Below the pieces are notes generated by a model, which worked only from the letters and a program-made list of their open reading frames with translations, made no database searches and had not been told where the DNA came from. Below, in pieces: positions 29,260-40,090 of a DNA stretch of 55,594 nt. Position numbers and translations under genes: made by a program. This DNA comes from Eubacteriales bacterium (GTDB lineage: Bacteria > Bacillota > Clostridia > Oscillospirales > CAG-382): positions 1 through 55,594 of the forward strand of contig JAZSFD010000015.1 of NCBI GenBank assembly GCA_045532035.1, in the 5' to 3' direction. The first letter of the stretch is position 1. The number at the start of each line of letters is the position of its first letter.

Positions 29260-30829
29260 GAAAAAAGAAAGATCGATTCATTCCAAGCTATTCGTCGCTT
29301 TCATGACCTTTGCGGTATTGCTTATCATTTCGCTATGGCTGTTTCATGGCATACTGCTTGAATTTTTCTACAAACAGATAAAAACGCAGAATCTGAAAAG
29401 CACAGCAAACGCCATTGCAGCAACCCTTGAGAGCCACGACAGCGAAAATATTGAGCTTATCAGAACCACCGCCAACGACCTTGCCATCAAAAACGAAGTT
29501 TCCATCATGGTCATCGGAACCTCCGATGAGCTGTTTTTTCCCGAGTTTTCGGTTTTGTCCGATCAGGGAAACATGCTTGATTCGATGTCTCCGTATGCCA
29601 TGCTTGAGATCTACAACGAAGCCCTTGACAAGGGCGGCGAAACCCTTCAGCATTATCAGCGCGGCTCATATTCGGTGGTCAGCAAAAACAATTCAAAACC
29701 TCCCAAAAGGATAGATGACAACGCATTTTACGAATGGGGAAACGACGCATTTGACGAATATTCTCCCAAGCATTCCTTCAAGCCCGGTGCCCCCTCTTTC
29801 TTCAAGATGGGCATAACGCAGGAGCTGATACTTGCAAAGGTCGTGAACTCCACCGACGGAAATGAATTTCTTTTGTTGTTTGACAGTGTCATCACCCCCA
29901 TGGGCAGTACTGTAAAAACACTTAAATCACAACTAATTTTCCAGTCGATTCTGATACTTGCCGTTGCCGCCATCATTGCCCAAATTCTTTCGGACAAGAT
30001 TTCAAAGCCCATCACCGACATCAACCGCTCGGCAAAAAAGCTTGCGGCAGGAAATTATGACACGAACTTTTCAGGCGAAGGATATCTCGAGGTATCCCAG
30101 CTTTCGGACACTCTCAACTATACGGCGAAAGAACTGAAGGAAGCAGACAGTGTCAAGCGTGAGCTTATTGCCAACACCTCCCACGATCTGCGCACTCCGC
30201 TGACCATGATAATCGGTTATGCTGAGGTCATGCGCGATCTGCCCGGTGAAAACACCCCTGAAAATGTTCAGGTCATCATCGACGAGGCTTCAAGACTTAC
30301 AAATCTTGTCAACGATATGCTCGATCTTTCAAAGCTCCAGTCGGGCAGTGCCACCCTTGAGATAAGTGAATTCAACATCACAAAGCTTACAGCGGATATC
30401 ATCGACAGGCTTTACAAGCTCAACGAAAAGGACGGTTTCGAATTTATCTTCAAGCCTTCAAAGAATGTATTTGTCAAAGCTGATGAAACAAAGATCACGC
30501 AGGTCATCTACAATTTCCTCATAAACGCGGTAAATTATTCGGAAAAATCAAGAAAGGTTGTTGTAACGCAAAAGGTCGCATCAAATACTGTGCGAATCGA
30601 ATTTACCGATTACGGCAAAGGAATCCCGAAAGAAAAGCTTCCGAGCATCTGGGACAGGTATTACAAGATCGACAGCACGCATAAGCGATCGGAATCGGGC
30701 AGCGGCATCGGTCTTTCGATAGTAAAGTCGGTTCTTGAACTGCACAAGGCACGCTATGGCGTTGTCAGCGACACTGACCACGGAAGCACCTTCTGGTTTG
30801 AGCTTGATGTATCCGAGATCATAGAATGA
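29240..30829 (+). CDS. HAMP-domain sensor histidine kinase
   Basis: two TM helices, HAMP domain, SHDLRTPL, NAVNY, DYGKGI, GSGIGL. Confidence 0.93.
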   Translation: MKPKKHKKKERSIHSKLFVAFMTFAVLLIISLWLFHGILLEFFYKQIKTQNLKSTANAIAATLESHDSENIELIRTTANDLAIKNEVSIMVIGTSDELFFPEFSVLSDQGNMLDSMSPYAMLEIYNEALDKGGETLQHYQRGSYSVVSKNNSKPPKRIDDNAFYEWGNDAFDEYSPKHSFKPGAPSFFKMGITQELILAKVVNSTDGNEFLLLFDSVITPMGSTVKTLKSQLIFQSILILAVAAIIAQILSDKISKPITDINRSAKKLAAGNYDTNFSGEGYLEVSQLSDTLNYTAKELKEADSVKRELIANTSHDLRTPLTMIIGYAEVMRDLPGENTPENVQVIIDEASRLTNLVNDMLDLSKLQSGSATLEISEFNITKLTADIIDRLYKLNEKDGFEFIFKPSKNVFVKADETKITQVIYNFLINAVNYSEKSRKVVVTQKVASNTVRIEFTDYGKGIPKEKLPSIWDRYYKIDSTHKRSESGSGIGLSIVKSVLELHKARYGVVSDTDHGSTFWFELDVSEIIE

Positions 30830-30836
30830 CAAAAAT

Positions 30837-30868
30837 AAAAATGCAATGGCAAAAGTCATTGCATTTTT
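30837..30868. terminator. bidirectional terminator
   Basis: aaaaatgcaatggc/gtcattgcattttt. Confidence 0.6.
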
Positions 30869-31713
30869 CTGTTTTCTCCAACAACTGTTATAGCGGAAGC
30901 GGCACTCTTATTTGACGGAGGATAGCCAAAAAGCCCAACAAAGCTTCGGTAGAAAGTCGAATATTCCGAAAAGCCAAACTCCTGATAGATTTCGGTCGGA
31001 CGGCGACCGAGTCTTATCTCCTTACGGGCGGCAAGAAGTCTTTTGTCGCTGATATATTTTTTCGGAGTGGTTCTGAGTTGCTGACGGAAAAGCGAATAAA
31101 GATAGCTGTCGGTGATGTGCATTTTTTCACTTATTTCCGAAACGCTTTTTATTGTGTAGAGATTTGTGTTGATATATTGCAGCGCCTGAGAAAGAATGGG
31201 AGAAAAAGGAGTTTCAAAACGGTTTTCGGGCGGGAGGGACAGCGAAAGATTATAAAACACCTCGCGCAGCAAAAGCTTTGCAAGCTCATAAAAATCCTCC
31301 TCGGGAAAGTTCAGACAGTAATAGTCGAATTTTTTGAATATCTCTGTAATAACTCTCTCCTGCGAGCAATTGACAACAGCCGTGTTGTCAAAAACATTCG
31401 TGCCCGAAATGCCCTTGATTATTTCGGGATCGAACATGAAAACATATCTTTCATATTCCGAAGAAAAATCGGGGTCGACCCTGTGATGCACCGTAGGCTT
31501 CACATAGACAAGGTCATTTTTTCGAAGTTCGTAAAGCCTGTCCTCAACCATCTGATTCGCCTTGCCGCGCACAAAAAACATAAGCTCGGAAACACTGTGG
31601 GTGTGGAGCGTGAAAAGATCCGCTTCATCCGCATTTGATACTGTGTGGTGGTATATGAGCTTTTTAGATCGGTAGCTTGAAATAATTGCCATTTTTCTCT
31701 CCGCAGATAACAT
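30856..31713 (-). CDS. AraC-family transcriptional regulator
   Basis: cupin LHTH..HRV and C-terminal HTH GFSEYSTFYRSF. Confidence 0.9.
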   Translation of the reverse strand: MLSAERKMAIISSYRSKKLIYHHTVSNADEADLFTLHTHSVSELMFFVRGKANQMVEDRLYELRKNDLVYVKPTVHHRVDPDFSSEYERYVFMFDPEIIKGISGTNVFDNTAVVNCSQERVITEIFKKFDYYCLNFPEEDFYELAKLLLREVFYNLSLSLPPENRFETPFSPILSQALQYINTNLYTIKSVSEISEKMHITDSYLYSLFRQQLRTTPKKYISDKRLLAARKEIRLGRRPTEIYQEFGFSEYSTFYRSFVGLFGYPPSNKSAASAITVVGENRKMQ

Positions 31714-31846
31714 TTTATCTCATTATATACCAATATTTCAGTTTTTGCAATGTAATTTTATAAAAATTAGCATTTACATTTCAAAAAACAAACTATATAA
31801 TAGAATTATCGTATAATACCACAATCATAAATAAAGAGGTGTTTTT

Positions 31847-32914
31847 ATGAAAAAACTGAGACTTGCCATCATCGGTCAGGGCCGTTCGGGTAAAGATATC
31901 CACGGAGCTTATTATACCAGCGAGGCCAACAAGTATTTTGATGTCGTATATGTTGCTGACTATGATGAAATCATGCTTGAAAAAGCAAAGAAGCTTTATC
32001 CCTCCTGCGAAACCTTTACCGACTGGAGAGAGATACTTGACAAAGATGTCGACATCGTTGTCAATGCTTCTTATTCCGAAATGCATTTTCCCATCACAAA
32101 GGAGCTTCTTGAGCACGGGAAGAACGTGCTTGTGGAAAAGCCCTTTGGAAGAAACAGATATGAATGCGACACACTCATGAAGACAGCAAAAGACAACGGA
32201 GCTTATCTTGCAGTATTCCAGCAGACATTCCTTGCCCCCTTCTACAAGGAAGCAAAAGCGCTCTGCGACAGCGGAAAGCTCGGAAGAATCCTCACTGTCA
32301 ACATCCATTATAATGGTCTTGCGCGCCGTTGGGACTGGCAGACACTCCAGAAAAAGCTTGGAGGAAGCGTTTATAACACAGGTCCTCACCCCATCGGCAT
32401 GGGTCTCGGATTCCTTGATTATTCGGAAGACGCTCAGGTCGTTTTCTCAAAGCTTGACCTTGCTCTGACCAGCGGTGATGCTGAAGATTACGCAAAGATC
32501 ATCCTTACAGCCCCCGAAAAGCCCGTGGTTGACATTGAGATCAGCTCTGTTGATGCTTTCAATGACTTCACCCTCAAGATCCAGGGCACCCGTGGCACCT
32601 TCAAGTGTACTCCCGCAAAATACAGCATGAAATATATTGTCGACGGAGAGAATGTCGAGCGTCCGTACATCGAAGAAAGCATTCGCGGTGAAGACCACGA
32701 ACCGATCTACTGCAGAGAAGAACTTATCACCCACACCGAGGAAGGTGAATATTCGGGAGATGCTTTCGGCATGGCGACGGCTCTCTTCTATGAAAGCCTC
32801 TATTTCGCTCTCACCGAGGAAAAACCCATCGCGGTAACTCCCGAAACAGCAGCAGCAGTCATCGGCATCATCGAAAAAGTCCATGCCGACAACAGACTTG
32901 AAAGAACTATCTGA
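31847..32914 (+). CDS. Gfo/Idh/MocA-family oxidoreductase
   Basis: IIGQGRSG Rossmann motif, VLVEKP, GGSVYNTGPH. Confidence 0.9.
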   Translation: MKKLRLAIIGQGRSGKDIHGAYYTSEANKYFDVVYVADYDEIMLEKAKKLYPSCETFTDWREILDKDVDIVVNASYSEMHFPITKELLEHGKNVLVEKPFGRNRYECDTLMKTAKDNGAYLAVFQQTFLAPFYKEAKALCDSGKLGRILTVNIHYNGLARRWDWQTLQKKLGGSVYNTGPHPIGMGLGFLDYSEDAQVVFSKLDLALTSGDAEDYAKIILTAPEKPVVDIEISSVDAFNDFTLKIQGTRGTFKCTPAKYSMKYIVDGENVERPYIEESIRGEDHEPIYCREELITHTEEGEYSGDAFGMATALFYESLYFALTEEKPIAVTPETAAAVIGIIEKVHADNRLERTI

Positions 32915-32927
32915 CAAAGGTGATATC

Positions 32928-33788
32928 ATGTTCAAGACAGTAATACTCGGTTGTGAAAACTCTCACGCCAACTCTTTTCTGAAATCGGTGAAAACCGATC
33001 CCGTTTTTTCGCAGATCGAAGTCATCGGCGTTTACAGCGATGAAAAAGACAGAGCGCAAGCCTTGTGCGAGGAATTCGGTGTAAAAATGATGGAAAGCTA
33101 CGATGATGAGGTCGGAAATGTCGACGGTGTCATCATCACTGCGCGCCATGGAGACAATCATCTGAAATATGCTCTTCCCTATATCAAAGATGGTGTTCCT
33201 TTCTTTATCGACAAGCCCTTCACCATTTCTACCGAAGAGGGCGAAAGACTTTGCAAAGAGCTTGTCGCAAACGGTTGTAAATTTACAGGAGGTTCCAGCC
33301 TCAAGCACGCTTCAAAAGTTAAAGAGCTTCGCAAAGAAAGACTTGAAAACAAGGGCGGAAAGACCCTCGGCGGATTTATAAGAACACCTATCGATCTTGC
33401 CTCCCCCTACGGCGGCTTCTGGTTTTACGCTCAGCATCTTGTGGAAATACTCATTGAAGTATTCGGCGAAGATGTGAAGACAGTTTCTGCATACCAATCG
33501 AAGGTCGGACTTTCGGCAATTTTCAGATACGAAGACTTTGATGTAACAGCTCTTTTTGCCGAAAAGAACTATGTTTATTATGCCGTTCGTCAGACAGAGG
33601 AGGGAGCCTTCGGCGGAGAATTTCCGGTTGAAGACGAATGCTTCAAGGGAGAGCTTATGGAGTTTCTGAAGCTTCTGACAAAAGAAAGCGACGGCGAAAA
33701 GACCGAAAGAATGATGAAGCCTGTTTATATCATGGACGCTCTGCAGAGATCTTTGAAAAACGGCGGCAAAGCAGAAGAGGTGAAATAA
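32928..33788 (+). CDS. Gfo/Idh/MocA-family oxidoreductase (divergent, DKP type)
   Basis: ILGCENSHA, FIDKP, FYAQH; start ATG 32928. Confidence 0.8.
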   Translation: MFKTVILGCENSHANSFLKSVKTDPVFSQIEVIGVYSDEKDRAQALCEEFGVKMMESYDDEVGNVDGVIITARHGDNHLKYALPYIKDGVPFFIDKPFTISTEEGERLCKELVANGCKFTGGSSLKHASKVKELRKERLENKGGKTLGGFIRTPIDLASPYGGFWFYAQHLVEILIEVFGEDVKTVSAYQSKVGLSAIFRYEDFDVTALFAEKNYVYYAVRQTEEGAFGGEFPVEDECFKGELMEFLKLLTKESDGEKTERMMKPVYIMDALQRSLKNGGKAEEVK

Positions 33789-34634
33789 ATGGGAAAAATG
33801 ATACTTTCCGCTTTTGCGGACGAATACTGTGACAGCTTTTCCGGTCAGCTTGAATTCCTAAACCGTGAGGGCATAGGATATATTGAGATCCGCGGCGTTG
33901 ACGGCAAAAACATCTCGACCCTTTCGGAAGACGAAGTGAAAAACTGCAAATGCGAGCTTGATAAGGCAGGCATCAAGGTTTCGTCAATGGGCTCGCCCCT
34001 TGGCAAATATCCCATCGAAGACGACATCAACGTGCATCTTGATACCGCAAAGAAAATTTTTGAATTTGCAAACATTTTCGGCACAAAGCTCTGCCGCGTT
34101 TTCAGCTTCTATATGCCAAAAGACAAAAACCCCGAAGATTACAAAGAAAAGGTTTACGAAAATCTCGAAAAGCTGATCTGCCTTTCGGAGGAATACGGCA
34201 TCAGCCTCTGCCATGAAAACGAATGGGGCATCTACGGACAATCCCCCGAAAAATGCCTTGAACTTATAAATCATTTCGGAGGTCGTTTCCATACAGTTTT
34301 TGATATGGGCAACTATGTTCTTGACGGCTACAAGCCCTGGAAAGAAAACTATGAAAGCCTAAAGAACAGCATCAAATACTTCCATATCAAAGACGCTCTT
34401 TCTGCAGGAGCCATCGTTCCCGCGGGCTGCGGAGAGGCAAACATCAAGGAGATACTTTCCGATTTCGCAAGCTCTTCCGGCGAAGACTTCTTCGTCAGCA
34501 TCGAGCCCCATCTCCAGACATTCTCGGGGCTCAATCAGTTTGCAGGAAAGGATTTTGACAACCCTTACAAATTCGAAACAAAAGAAAAAGCTTTCGAAGA
34601 AGATCTGCGCCTCTTCCGTGCGCTTTTCAATTAA
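33789..34634 (+). CDS. sugar phosphate isomerase/epimerase (xylose-isomerase-like TIM barrel)
   Basis: SAFADE, CHENE, FDMGN, FHIKD, SIEPH metal ligands. Confidence 0.88.
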   Translation: MGKMILSAFADEYCDSFSGQLEFLNREGIGYIEIRGVDGKNISTLSEDEVKNCKCELDKAGIKVSSMGSPLGKYPIEDDINVHLDTAKKIFEFANIFGTKLCRVFSFYMPKDKNPEDYKEKVYENLEKLICLSEEYGISLCHENEWGIYGQSPEKCLELINHFGGRFHTVFDMGNYVLDGYKPWKENYESLKNSIKYFHIKDALSAGAIVPAGCGEANIKEILSDFASSSGEDFFVSIEPHLQTFSGLNQFAGKDFDNPYKFETKEKAFEEDLRLFRALFN

Positions 34635-34645
34635 AGGAGTAAAAA

Positions 34646-35410
34646 ATGAAAACTATTTATACAGACAAACTCAGAACAGACATTTTTGAAAACCGCGACG
34701 CCATGTGCAAGGCAGCAGCACACGATATCAGCGAGAAGATCTGCGAACTGCTCAAAGAAAAAGAAACTGTCAACATCATCTTTGCGGCAGCTCCCTCTCA
34801 AAATGATGTTCTTCACTATCTTGCCACCGATAAAAGCATCGATTGGACACGCGTTTGCGCTTTCCACATGGATGAATATGTCGGTCTCCCCGAAGGCGCA
34901 CCTCAAGCTTTCGGCAACTTCCTCAAGGAGCACATCTTCGGTCTTGTTCCCCTGCGTTCGGTGAACTACATCGACAGCACGGCAACCGACGCCAAGGCTG
35001 AATGTGCAAGATATGCAAAGATCCTTGCCGACAACCCCACCGACATCGTCATCATGGGTATCGGTGAGAACGGACACATCGCCTTCAACGATCCCGGTGT
35101 TGCAAAATTTGATGACCCCGAAGCAGTTAAGATAGCAGATCTTGACCTTGTCTGCCGCAATCAGCAGGTTCACGACGGATGCTTTGAAAGACTCGAGCTT
35201 GTGCCCGAAAAGGCTATCACTCTCACCGTTCCCACACTCGTTGGTGCAAAATATCTCTTCTGCATCGTTCCCGCACCCACAAAGGCTGATGCGGTGAAAC
35301 TCACAATCGAAGGCGAGATCACCGAAATGGTACCTGCCACAATACTTCGCACTCACGACAATGCGAGAATGTATCTTGATGACGCAAGCTCGGTAAAGCT
35401 TGACATTTGA
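34646..35410 (+). CDS. nagB: glucosamine-6-phosphate deaminase-like protein
   Basis: FHMDEYVGL, MGIGENGHIAFND. Confidence 0.8.
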   Translation: MKTIYTDKLRTDIFENRDAMCKAAAHDISEKICELLKEKETVNIIFAAAPSQNDVLHYLATDKSIDWTRVCAFHMDEYVGLPEGAPQAFGNFLKEHIFGLVPLRSVNYIDSTATDAKAECARYAKILADNPTDIVIMGIGENGHIAFNDPGVAKFDDPEAVKIADLDLVCRNQQVHDGCFERLELVPEKAITLTVPTLVGAKYLFCIVPAPTKADAVKLTIEGEITEMVPATILRTHDNARMYLDDASSVKLDI

Positions 35411-35413
35411 CCC

Positions 35414-36568
35414 ATGGTAACAAAAATAAAATCGGACAGAATAATCCTGTCCGACCGTGTTTTTGACGGTTTCATATATATAAAAGACGGCAAGATCGAC
35501 TCTGTTTCGGATAAGGATATGCCGGCTGACAAGACCTTTGAACTCACATCAAAATATGTCTGTCCCGGCTTTATCGAAAGCCACACCCACGGAGGACTCG
35601 GATTTTCTTTCCTCACGGGAAGCATTGATGATATGGTGAACGCGTGCAATTTTCATCTTTCCCACGGCACCACCTCCATCGCACCGACAGTTTCGGCAGC
35701 ACCTTTTTCGCAGATGAAAGAAGCTACTGCAAGAATTGCTCAGGCAAGAAAAAGCGAAAAGCTTCTTCCCGTCATCATCGGAGCACATCTTGAAGGACCT
35801 TATCTTTCGGAAAAACAATGCGGCGCTCAATATCCAGACTCCATCACACCTCCGATCAAAGAGGAATATGAATCACTGGTGAAGGAATTCGGAAAAGACA
35901 TTGCAAGATGGACTTTTGCTCCCGAAAACGACAAAAACGGTGAATTTTGCAAATTCATTACCGAAAACGGAATACTCGCAAGCGCAGGCCACACCGATGC
36001 CACCCTTGCAGACATGGATGTCGCCATCCAAAACGGCTGCAAGCTCATCACCCACCTTTATTCCTGCACCTCGACAGTGACACGAAAAGGCTGCTTCAGA
36101 AGTCTCGGAGTGATAGAAAGCGCCTACCTTCGCGACGAGCTTTTCTGCGAGATCATTGCCGACGGAAAGCATCTGCCACCCGAGCTTATACAGATGATAT
36201 GCAAGATAAAGGGCAAGGATTCTGTAATTGCGGTCACAGACAGCCTTGAGCTTGCGGGAACAGATGCCACCCACGGCTTTATGGGTGCCACTGAATACAT
36301 TATCGAGGACGGCGTTTGCAAGCTTTGCGACAGAAGTGCTTTTGCAGGCAGCGTTGCCACAAGCGACAGACTTATACGAGTTCTGACAAGCGACTGCGGC
36401 ATAGATATTGTGCAGGCAGTGAGAATGCTGACCGCAATTCCCGCAAAGCTTCATTCTCTCGGTAAAGGCTCAATCAAACCGGGGCTTGACGCCGATATCA
36501 TCGCATTTGACGATGACATAAACATTGAAACGGTGTTTGTCGCCGGAAACTGTGTTTTTGAAAAATAA
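35414..36568 (+). CDS. nagA: N-acetylglucosamine-6-phosphate deacetylase
   Basis: PGFIESHTHG, HLEGPY, GHT, THLY, IADGKH. Confidence 0.85.
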   Translation: MVTKIKSDRIILSDRVFDGFIYIKDGKIDSVSDKDMPADKTFELTSKYVCPGFIESHTHGGLGFSFLTGSIDDMVNACNFHLSHGTTSIAPTVSAAPFSQMKEATARIAQARKSEKLLPVIIGAHLEGPYLSEKQCGAQYPDSITPPIKEEYESLVKEFGKDIARWTFAPENDKNGEFCKFITENGILASAGHTDATLADMDVAIQNGCKLITHLYSCTSTVTRKGCFRSLGVIESAYLRDELFCEIIADGKHLPPELIQMICKIKGKDSVIAVTDSLELAGTDATHGFMGATEYIIEDGVCKLCDRSAFAGSVATSDRLIRVLTSDCGIDIVQAVRMLTAIPAKLHSLGKGSIKPGLDADIIAFDDDINIETVFVAGNCVFEK

Positions 36569-36572
36569 CAAA

Positions 36573-36611
36573 AAAATACTCCGACGGTTTTGTTGGCCGT
36601 TGGAGTATTTT
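36573..36611. terminator. bidirectional terminator
   Basis: aaaatactccgacgg/ccgttggagtatttt. Confidence 0.75.
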
Positions 36612-36612
36612 C

Positions 36613-37383
36613 CTATTCTGCTGCAAATTTTGACGGTGAAACACCCGTCATTTTTTTGAACTCCCGCGAAAAATAGCTCATGTCTGAAAAACCCGACATT
36701 TCAGCCGCTGTTGCCACCGAATACATTTCCGACAAAAGAAGTTCCTTGGCGCGGGAAATCCGAAGTTCATTGATGTACTTAACAGGAGAGGTTCCGAAGT
36801 TCTTCTTGAACAGAAATCTGAAATATTCAGAAGAAATTCCGCAAATTTCCGCAAGCTCCGAAACAGACAAATGCTCAAAAGTGTATTTTTCATGGATAAG
36901 CTCAACGGCGGGAGTTATGATACCAAGCTTTGACGACGGAAGATAGCTCGCTGCACGCTCCGAACGCATTCCGTAAAGGATAGAATAAAGCTCGGATTTG
37001 CATTTATATACATATCCGTCGCTCTTGGTTCTCCACGCCTTTTCGGCACTCTTAAAGGCGTTCATAAAAGCAGCGGGATTCTTCGGCGTGAAAACAAAAG
37101 GCTCGAAAACAAAATCCTCGGGAAAATCGAAATTTATGGCATAGCAGTCGCCTTCTTCTATCGTTTCCACATGATAGTCCGAAAATTTCGGCATATATAC
37201 TATGTCGTGCTTTCTGACTGTGAGTTTTTCGTTCCCGAAGCAATATTTTTTCACTCCCTCGGAAAACATCGCAAAGCCGTGGGAACCGCGGTTTTTGTGC
37301 ACAGCTGCTCCCTGTCCCGCGGAAACCTTCAACGCAATAACGATTTCCGAAACATCAAGGTCGGTATCAAGAAAGTTTTTCAT
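36613..37383 (-). CDS. AraC-family transcriptional regulator
   Basis: LSVSELAEICGIS..GFSDMSYFSREFKK; likely start ATG 37383; divergent from the GRE. Confidence 0.9.
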   Translation of the reverse strand: MKNFLDTDLDVSEIVIALKVSAGQGAAVHKNRGSHGFAMFSEGVKKYCFGNEKLTVRKHDIVYMPKFSDYHVETIEEGDCYAINFDFPEDFVFEPFVFTPKNPAAFMNAFKSAEKAWRTKSDGYVYKCKSELYSILYGMRSERAASYLPSSKLGIITPAVELIHEKYTFEHLSVSELAEICGISSEYFRFLFKKNFGTSPVKYINELRISRAKELLLSEMYSVATAAEMSGFSDMSYFSREFKKMTGVSPSKFAAE

Positions 37384-37550
37384 TTTTCTCACCTCAGCTT
37401 TATTATACACATTTTTTGAATCAGGCAAGTTTTTTTGCATAATTGCGCAAATTTGTTTTGAAAAAGTCAAATTATTTGAATTGGTCATTGACTTTACCGC
37501 CGATTTTGATAAAATGAAATCAATAACTCAAACAGTTCAAGGAGAAAGCT

Positions 37551-39794
37551 ATGTTCAAGACACTTCTTGCCGACCGCGAAACGATAGAAAACAAATACCA
37601 TCTTCAAAGCAAACCCTATGACCACTTCAGCCATATGCAATATCACGGCTATGATTATGATGCGGGTACAGGGCTTTCCGAGGAAGAATTGAAGAAAAAC
37701 CTTGCAAGCTATGCCGCAGAGATCGATAATCTTCCCCGCCCCGTCATCAAGGCAAAGCTTTTTGAATATGTTCTTGAGAACACAATGATCGATGTCAATG
37801 AGCACGACTATTTCATCGGTTTTTACAGTTGGGGTCGAATCATCTCTCCTCTCACCGTATACAAATGGGCAGACGAACTGAATGAAAAGCTCAAAGATGA
37901 CACCACCCTTATGGCGGACTATAACAAGGCAGGGGTCTGCTACGGCTGGCTTGATTATGACCACACGGTGCCCGACTGGGATTCTCTGTGCACCCTCGGA
38001 TTCAAGGGTATTCTTGAGCGCGCACGAAAGTCTTACGAAACCATGAAAGCCGACGGAAACCTCACCAAAAAGCAGGAAGCTTTTTTCAAGGGTGTTGAGA
38101 TTGAATATACCGCAATTATCAACTTCCTTGACAGGCTCCACAAGTATTCTCTCACAAAGGACTTTGAAAAAGCCCCTCTCATTTCCGAATGCCTGAGAAA
38201 TCTGCGCGACGGTGCGCCAAAGACCACCTACGATGTGCTTCAGCTCATCTATATCTATTTCATGCTCAGCGAAAGCGTTGAGCATTATCAGGTGAGATCC
38301 TTAGGCTACGGACTTGACTCAACTCTTCTTCCATATTTCAAAAATGACATCGAAAGCGGAAAGTTTACAAAAGAAGAGCTTTTGGAATTCATCGGATATT
38401 TTCTCATGCAATGGTCGGCAATCGACAACTATTGGGGTCAGCCCTTTTATCTCGGCGGCAGAACTGCACAGAAGAAAACTGTCGTGAATGAGCTTTCGTA
38501 TCTGATACTTGATGTTTATGACAAGCTCGGCATCTTCAACCCGAAGATCCAGATCAAGGTAAATGCTGACACCCCGAAAGATTTTGTTCTCAAAGCCCTT
38601 GAAATGATACGCCACGGTAACACGAGCATCGTTTTCTGCAACGACGATTCGATCACAAAATCGCTCATGGCGCATGGTGCAACCTATGAAGAAGCCTGTG
38701 ATTCAGCTCTGTCCGGATTCTATGAATATAAGGTCAAAGCAAAGGGAATCGGCATCTCCTGCGTTTATTTCAACGCTCTCAAGCCTGTTTCAATGGTTAT
38801 TGACAGCGGTTTTGACACAGTGACCGGAAAACAGATAAGTCTCAAAACAAAAGATTGCTCACAAATCGCCAGCTTTGAGGAGTTCTATTCGCTTTATCTT
38901 GTGCACCTCAAGAATCTTTATCTGAATTACATCAATGCCATGCGGCCGCATGAGGAACAGATTCAGACCATAAATCCTTCCCTTATGTTTTCAGCCACTA
39001 TTCCTGACTGTGTAAACTCTCTCACCGATGCTCTCGACAACGGAATCAAAAACGATTCGGGTATATTGCTTTCGGCACTCGGTTCGGCAATAGATGCTCT
39101 TATGGGGGTAAAAGAACTCGTCTTTGACAAAAAACTTCTGACACTTCCCGAGCTCAAAAAAGCTCTCGACAACAACTGGGAAGGATATGAAAAATACCGT
39201 CTTATCGTTGCAAATTCCCGACTCAAATACGGAAACGGCAACGAGGCAGCCGATCTTTATGCACCGGCAATCGTTAAAAATCTTTCTGACTGCTGTTCAT
39301 CGCTGAAGAATGGACACGGACAACCTTATGAAGGAATTGAGCTTCATTCGGCAAGAGCTTTTGTTATCCACGGTGAAGCAACAAAGGCAACTCCCGACGG
39401 AAGATTCTCGGGTCAGGAGACTTCAAAGAATGCTTCTCCCTCCCCCGGCGCCGACAGATCAGGAATCACAGCTCTCATCAAATCGGTCACAACAATCGAC
39501 CCGATTCTTTGCACCACAGGCTCATGTCTTGATGCCATGCTCCATCCTTCCGCTGTTCAGGGCGAGGACGGACTTTGTGCGCTTTATGCAGTACTTGATA
39601 CCTATGTCAAAAAAGGCGGGCATTCGATTCATTTCAACATTTTCTCCCCCGAGCTTCTGCGCGATGCCCAGGAGCATCCCGAAAACTACAAAAACCTTCA
39701 AGTTCGTGTCTGCGGCTGGAATATTCTCTGGAACAATATGGACAAAAAAGAACAGGACGCTTATATTCAGCGTGCCGAAGGCATTCAATACTGA
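37551..39794 (+). CDS. glycyl-radical enzyme (PFL-like, unclassified) with Phe at the catalytic Cys position
   Basis: ATPDGR, LRDAQEHPENYKNLQVRVCGW Gly motif; Cys loop reads SGFYE. Confidence 0.88.
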   Translation: MFKTLLADRETIENKYHLQSKPYDHFSHMQYHGYDYDAGTGLSEEELKKNLASYAAEIDNLPRPVIKAKLFEYVLENTMIDVNEHDYFIGFYSWGRIISPLTVYKWADELNEKLKDDTTLMADYNKAGVCYGWLDYDHTVPDWDSLCTLGFKGILERARKSYETMKADGNLTKKQEAFFKGVEIEYTAIINFLDRLHKYSLTKDFEKAPLISECLRNLRDGAPKTTYDVLQLIYIYFMLSESVEHYQVRSLGYGLDSTLLPYFKNDIESGKFTKEELLEFIGYFLMQWSAIDNYWGQPFYLGGRTAQKKTVVNELSYLILDVYDKLGIFNPKIQIKVNADTPKDFVLKALEMIRHGNTSIVFCNDDSITKSLMAHGATYEEACDSALSGFYEYKVKAKGIGISCVYFNALKPVSMVIDSGFDTVTGKQISLKTKDCSQIASFEEFYSLYLVHLKNLYLNYINAMRPHEEQIQTINPSLMFSATIPDCVNSLTDALDNGIKNDSGILLSALGSAIDALMGVKELVFDKKLLTLPELKKALDNNWEGYEKYRLIVANSRLKYGNGNEAADLYAPAIVKNLSDCCSSLKNGHGQPYEGIELHSARAFVIHGEATKATPDGRFSGQETSKNASPSPGADRSGITALIKSVTTIDPILCTTGSCLDAMLHPSAVQGEDGLCALYAVLDTYVKKGGHSIHFNIFSPELLRDAQEHPENYKNLQVRVCGWNILWNNMDKKEQDAYIQRAEGIQY

Positions 39795-39803
39795 CCAAAT
39801 TTT

Positions 39804-39835
39804 CGCGGCAGGACAAAGCTTCTGCCGCGTTTTTT
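39804..39835 (+). terminator. rho-independent terminator
   Basis: cgcggcag/ctgccgcg followed by a T-run. Confidence 0.75.
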
Positions 39836-40090
39836 GTAAAAACCATATACATTTTGGTATATTTTCACAGATATCAGAACAAAAATCCGAAAAAACTGTA
39901 AAAAGTTCATTAATTACAGTAAGAAAATTACAGAATATATGCTATAATTATAATGTGATAAAAGATTTGTTCGGTTTGTATTTGATTTTACGATTTGGTT
40001 GTCAAAATCAAATATTGTATATTTTGTCTACTATTGATAAAATCAAATCAAAGGCTGAAAACTCTTCATCAACAGCAAAGGAGAAAAAAC

